DNA of 64,000 nucleotides from Microthyrium microscopicum (Eukaryota): NCBI GenBank assembly GCA_010405405.1, contig MU004237.1, positions 1,747,345 to 1,811,344 of the forward strand, read 5' to 3'. Shown piece by piece: positions 59,425 to 64,000 of this stretch (position 1 is its first letter; each line of letters starts with the position of its first letter). The notes under the pieces were generated by a model. It saw only the letters and a program-made list of their open reading frames with translations, ran no database searches and was not told where the DNA came from. The position numbers and the translations under genes were made by a program.

Positions 59425-62400
59425 GATGGTAGTGGTCGCGAGAGCGCGATTGCGAAAAATTTGGTTGGTGGTTCTGTGGAGTGGATGAAAATAAAAATAA
59501 CTAGAGCAAGCTTGTAAAAGTAAATCATATCGGAGTTAAAGTTAACGCAAGACCACATACGCTTAGTAGATATGGCAGCGACCTCATGCGCCCAAGTCAC
59601 ACCTTCCCTTTGTAACCTGTCTAAAGGACTTCTTCGCGCCTGCCATGACGCTAAGAGAGAGGCACTTGCTTGACAAGGCTGAGTATGTTCACCATAAGGC
59701 TGAGAACCGAGAACGCCCCAGTTTCCAACTCCTGACTACACCGTACAATTTATATTGACTAGTTATGTACGAAGAATAGTTGCTATGCCTTACGGTGAAT
59801 TACTGTCAAAAATTTGGAGGGATAGTGATAGCCTGGTCTTGCTTTCGCTACGTATGCTGGCAAGATCTTTCGAAAGGCACAAATGTTTTGCCATAACTTC
59901 TCAGATGAATGAAGGGGTATTAACGTCTGGCTCGAATATCATTTACTAATTGAAGGTTTGGGTTGGCTTCACTATGCTCCTCACAGGTCAATAAAAGGTC
60001 TGGTGGAAGGCAGCCACGATTTGAAAACAAAAGCGATGCCGGGCTCGAAACTTAGTATCAATGGACACATCATCAACTTATCCATGTACGACGTAGATTC
60101 TAGTATCAATATAGGGTAGATTGGTATATCAATCTTACCGAACATGTTACAAGCGGTTCCTTAAAAGTCAATATGACATTCCCAAGAAGAACAATCGACC
60201 CCATCAGTTATCATTATTGAAGAGGCAATGAATCTATACAACGTTAATTGTCGAATATTAGATCCGCGCTTTTAGATAAAGAGTATCACAAACATCATAT
60301 TCTCTGTCGTTCCAATACTCCAATCGCAGCCTCTTCAACGCTACCTACCTAAATCAATAACGTCAATAGTATCATCTTTACATTTCAAAGCTTAGATCTT
60401 CCAACATGCAGGCTCAATCCACCATCATCCCACCGATTTTATTTCGGTTATCCGTGATCGGTTTTTTGCCCTCTCGATACCGTCATTCTAAAGGTCGACT
60501 TCCTAGTAGCCTTGCCATTCGACAGCTTTCCACTCATCCCCCAGTGGAGCTGCTCTTGTACCGACTGGCCTCTTGGGCCATCACTGTTTACATTGACCAC
60601 CAAGACTCGGGCTCCAGCTCCAGTCGCCACGCCCAGTCTAACATGGTTGAATCTCACGTTTCTAACGCCAATATTCTGCCCTGCACCCAAGGTGTTCGTG
60701 TTCTACGTACCAGCAAAAATCCACCCTGGCGTTTTCTAGAACACTGCAGTGAGTCCCTTCTGAACCTTGCTCGCTGGATAGAAGCGAATTCTTTCGGGAC
60801 TTCCGAAAGTTGCAGATGTTCTTCAACGAAGCAGTGGCGAAAGTGCTTGGTACGCATGGCAAGATCGGATTCAAGTCATACATATTCCCTAGTGTTGCCT
60901 CCTCAGGTTTTGCAGTCAACGACAGTGATCTGCAAAGAGTATAAGTTTGCTAGTAATTTTTTTAAGATATTATCATTGACTCCCTGCTCGGTTTGACTTT
61001 GTCACATAGCATACACTTAGTACTACATGGCACAATCTTACACTCTTTTGTTACTGTACCCCTGAATCCACCGATCAGATCGCAGCCTTCCTTAAAGATA
61101 TTTCTCAGCCTCCCTTGGGATCCTTCAACTGGATGGAAAGGTTTTGGATTTCTTTATTGTGTGATTGGGATGCAAAAAGTTTGACATCCCTTGTCGTAGA
61201 TCTCTCGTATGTGACACCGAGTCAGTTTGTAGTACACATCTTCCGACCACAATATTCGATCACCAATTACCACCAATTATGGGCAGTACGGTTTTTACAA
61301 GTCTAAAAAGGTCTTCGAATAATCAAGCATCGAATATTTCATCCCTCACTAGTATCTATAAGGAAACTGACAGCCTATCCGGGAGTTGAGGATTCAGGAT
61401 CCACCCCAGATCTGCCCATGTCATTCCCTGTCAGCTATGCTGGTCCTCTCCTCACGGTTGGGGGAACTTTGAATGACCAGGTGCTCGAGTACCAGATTTC
61501 CGGAAGGCACATCCCCAATCACTCTTTGGGTTTGATCCATAGTTCCGTTTGGGCCTTGAATCCTTGTGCGGTCTCATGATCTATTTCGGGCGAACACGAT
61601 GGAGCCTACTTCTGGCATCAAAATCTTGCATATGTAAGTACTTGGACTACTATTCCATGCTTCAGCCGCCACTTTGAGCGGTAGCAAGGGCAATACTCGT
61701 GTGAGTTCTATTCCGGGACAATAGCCAAGAATCAACACTGTTGGGATGCATATTTCCTGACGATGATAAATCGAGTAGTGCATTATCAGAAAGCTGGGCG
61801 AAAATTAAGCTTGCAGGTTATATCAAAGAAAGTATAACATTTCATCCTGTTATATATCTTATAATCCAGTCACTACTCTAACGGCGTGTTACATGACTCG
61901 AATTCTTAGACATGTCTCTTTCCATCTATCATTCTAGTTGTCGGGAGGCGTATTCTCAACTGTCTGGTGGTGTACGTACCGTTGACGACCGGTCTCGGTA
62001 GATGTATAAACCATGCCTCCCGAACGATGAATACGATATAGCCACGCCTTCCACAAAACTTATGCCTACTTGCTAGCAAGGCAGTTATCATCGTGGCGTT
62101 CTACCACGGAATTTCGCTTAAGGTCATACGGGCGACTTCTCCTGTCGTAGCTGCAGCTTTTCGCTTGAGCATACTAGTTGCGCTCTGAATCTCAACCTCA
62201 CGGGATTGTTTAAGCCTCTCTCACACGCATCAAATGTCCTAATCTTATCCAGCATACCACGTCAGTCAAATTCAGTCTCTTCCACCGTCAATGACTAAAG
62301 TACGCCTAATTATAGACTTAACAATCGAGTATGCGTCCGATGCTACATGCAGACGAATTTTACTTCCTGCAGGAGTATAAGGAACCAACGCCACGAGACA

Positions 62401-62827
62401 AGGTTTCGAAAGACGACCAAGGTAAAACTCGAACATTCATTCTCGACCATCATCGGTTCATTGTCTTGTAATGTCTCTAGAGTGCAAGGGTTAGTCCTAT
62501 CATGAAGAAGCAGCCTGAACATCAAAAGAAATCTTTCGGCTATTCACCATGTTCAGCCTCGTATCATGTCGGGGAGAGTCATTGTCAAGCGTCCTTCATT
62601 CTCTAGCGTAACTACAGCCTGATGGGATAGTTCTCTTCTGGGAGAGAAAAGAGACGGCAGAACAAACGGCAGAAAGGAGCGGCAGAGGATGAATATTCTT
62701 CAGATACTAATGGTTACCTAAAGGTACCAAAGAGATATAAAAGGACTGGTTGGTCGTACGTGCTTTGATAGATCAAGACTTCAGAACTCAAGCAATTATA
62801 TCTACTGTCATATCTCGGTAAACAATC

Positions 62828-64000
62828 ATGTTACTGTCTACTAAAGTCTTCACTTATATTCTTCCATTTGCTAGTGCTATATCCGCTAGTTATCTTCCCG
62901 ATGTGTCTTATGCACAGGGACCAGATCTCGTAAAGAGACAAGTTCTTCCATCTTGCAACACTCCCGCCAACAGAACTTGCTGGACGGCTGGCTTTGACAC
63001 CAGCACTAATGTAAGTTTATCAACTCTAACAATTCTCCAATCATATGGCTGGTGCTCTGAACACTTCTGTTCCAACGGGGTAGAATGAAATATGAATGGC
63101 ATTAGTTTCCGCTGCCAACATCCCATGAAGATTATATACTGACGATTTTCCAGTACTACCAAAAATGGCCAGCAACAGGTCAACAACTCACATATGACTT
63201 GAGAATTACAAATGGAACCTGCAATCCAGATGGACACAGCTCAAAGACTTGCTTTCTTGTGAATGGCCAATATCCTGGACCTGCGATTCGTGCTTCCTGG
63301 GGAGACTCCGTCCGAGTCACAGTTCACAATGATTTGCAAATCAATGGAACTTCTATTCACTTTCATGGCTTGCGCCAGTTCCAGACATGTCAAAATGATG
63401 GCACAAACGGAGTGACAGAATGCCCTATAGCTCCTGGAGAGAGTCGGAGCTACCAATGGACGGCAACAGAATATGGCACGTCTTGGTATCATAGTCATCA
63501 TTCGGTTAGCGTTCCATGCCTCTGCTTCGAAGCCGATTTCCTAATTGTCGCAGGTTCAATACAGTCAAGGTATTCTTGGTCCTATCATAATCGATGGCCC
63601 AACAACTCAAAACTATGACCAAGATCTTGGTGAGTTACCAAGACCATTCCAATCAATACCGGAGCCCAATCTAATAATGCCTTAGGCGCTCTACCATTGA
63701 CTGATTGGTACTATGATGATACATTCATGCTCCTCTGGAGAGCTTTGTACGGAGGCGGAGCGCCACCCCCAGCACAGAACGTTCTTGTCAATGGCAGCAT
63801 GATCGACGGTTTTGGCCATGGCAAGTATTCTGTCATCAACGTGGTAAAGGGTCAGACATACAAACTTCGCCTCATCAACGCTGCGACAGACACACTGTTC
63901 CATGTATCAATGGATAATCATCCATTCACTGTGGTGGGCGCAGATTTTGTTGCCGTCGATCCATATCAGACGACAGATCTGAAGATGAACATCGGCCAAC
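62828..64000 (+). CDS. Laccase/multicopper oxidase (AA1), 5' part; runs off the window end
   Basis: Signal peptide, CNTPANRTCW, NGQYPGPAIRASWGD, copper motifs SIHFHG and WYHSH, DGTNGVTECPI, DWYY, LRLIN and DNHPFTVVGADFV. Confidence 0.95.

Noticed and set aside
60406..61500. 196-aa ORF plus coding-looking fragments in several frames
   Set aside because: Could be a decayed gene, but no coherent exon chain or family could be supported.
3220..62560. Isolated single TCAGCCT heptamers (e.g. near 3223, 15459, 48580, 61104, 62553)
   Set aside because: A 7-mer is expected several times by chance in 64 kb on two strands; only paired copies were kept.

Overview
Gene-dense, intron-containing eukaryotic DNA from a filamentous ascomycete (GT-AG introns of about 45-250 nt with CTAAC/CTGAC branch points; the species cannot be named from sequence alone). 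Conserved genes: Zn2Cys6 transcription factor, GH17 glucanase, PUT2, GOS1, ATP10, G-patch protein, EF-1beta with an intronic U18/snR18 snoRNA, RPL35, AA9 LPMO, MDR dehydrogenase, NmrA-like protein, NRG1-like C2H2 factor, NPA3/GPN1 and a laccase. These are interleaved with lineage-specific accessory blocks: (i) a tight tandem pair of Pol-beta/AbiEii-like nucleotidyltransferase genes; (ii) four tandem F-box-like paralogs (family A) with variable prion-like N-termini and discordant intron sets, plus a TA-flanked TIR element; (iii) a DUF6594 membrane-protein gene divergent from a DTG-type retropepsin-like protease, followed by an apparent catalytically dead homolog; (iv) five intronless F-box-like paralogs (family B) in two oppositely oriented sub-clusters with a shared bipartite upstream motif; (v) a paralog pair with a possible class-I-GATase-like fold. 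Exon models and translations were derived by hand, and family names rest on motif recognition rather than database searches.
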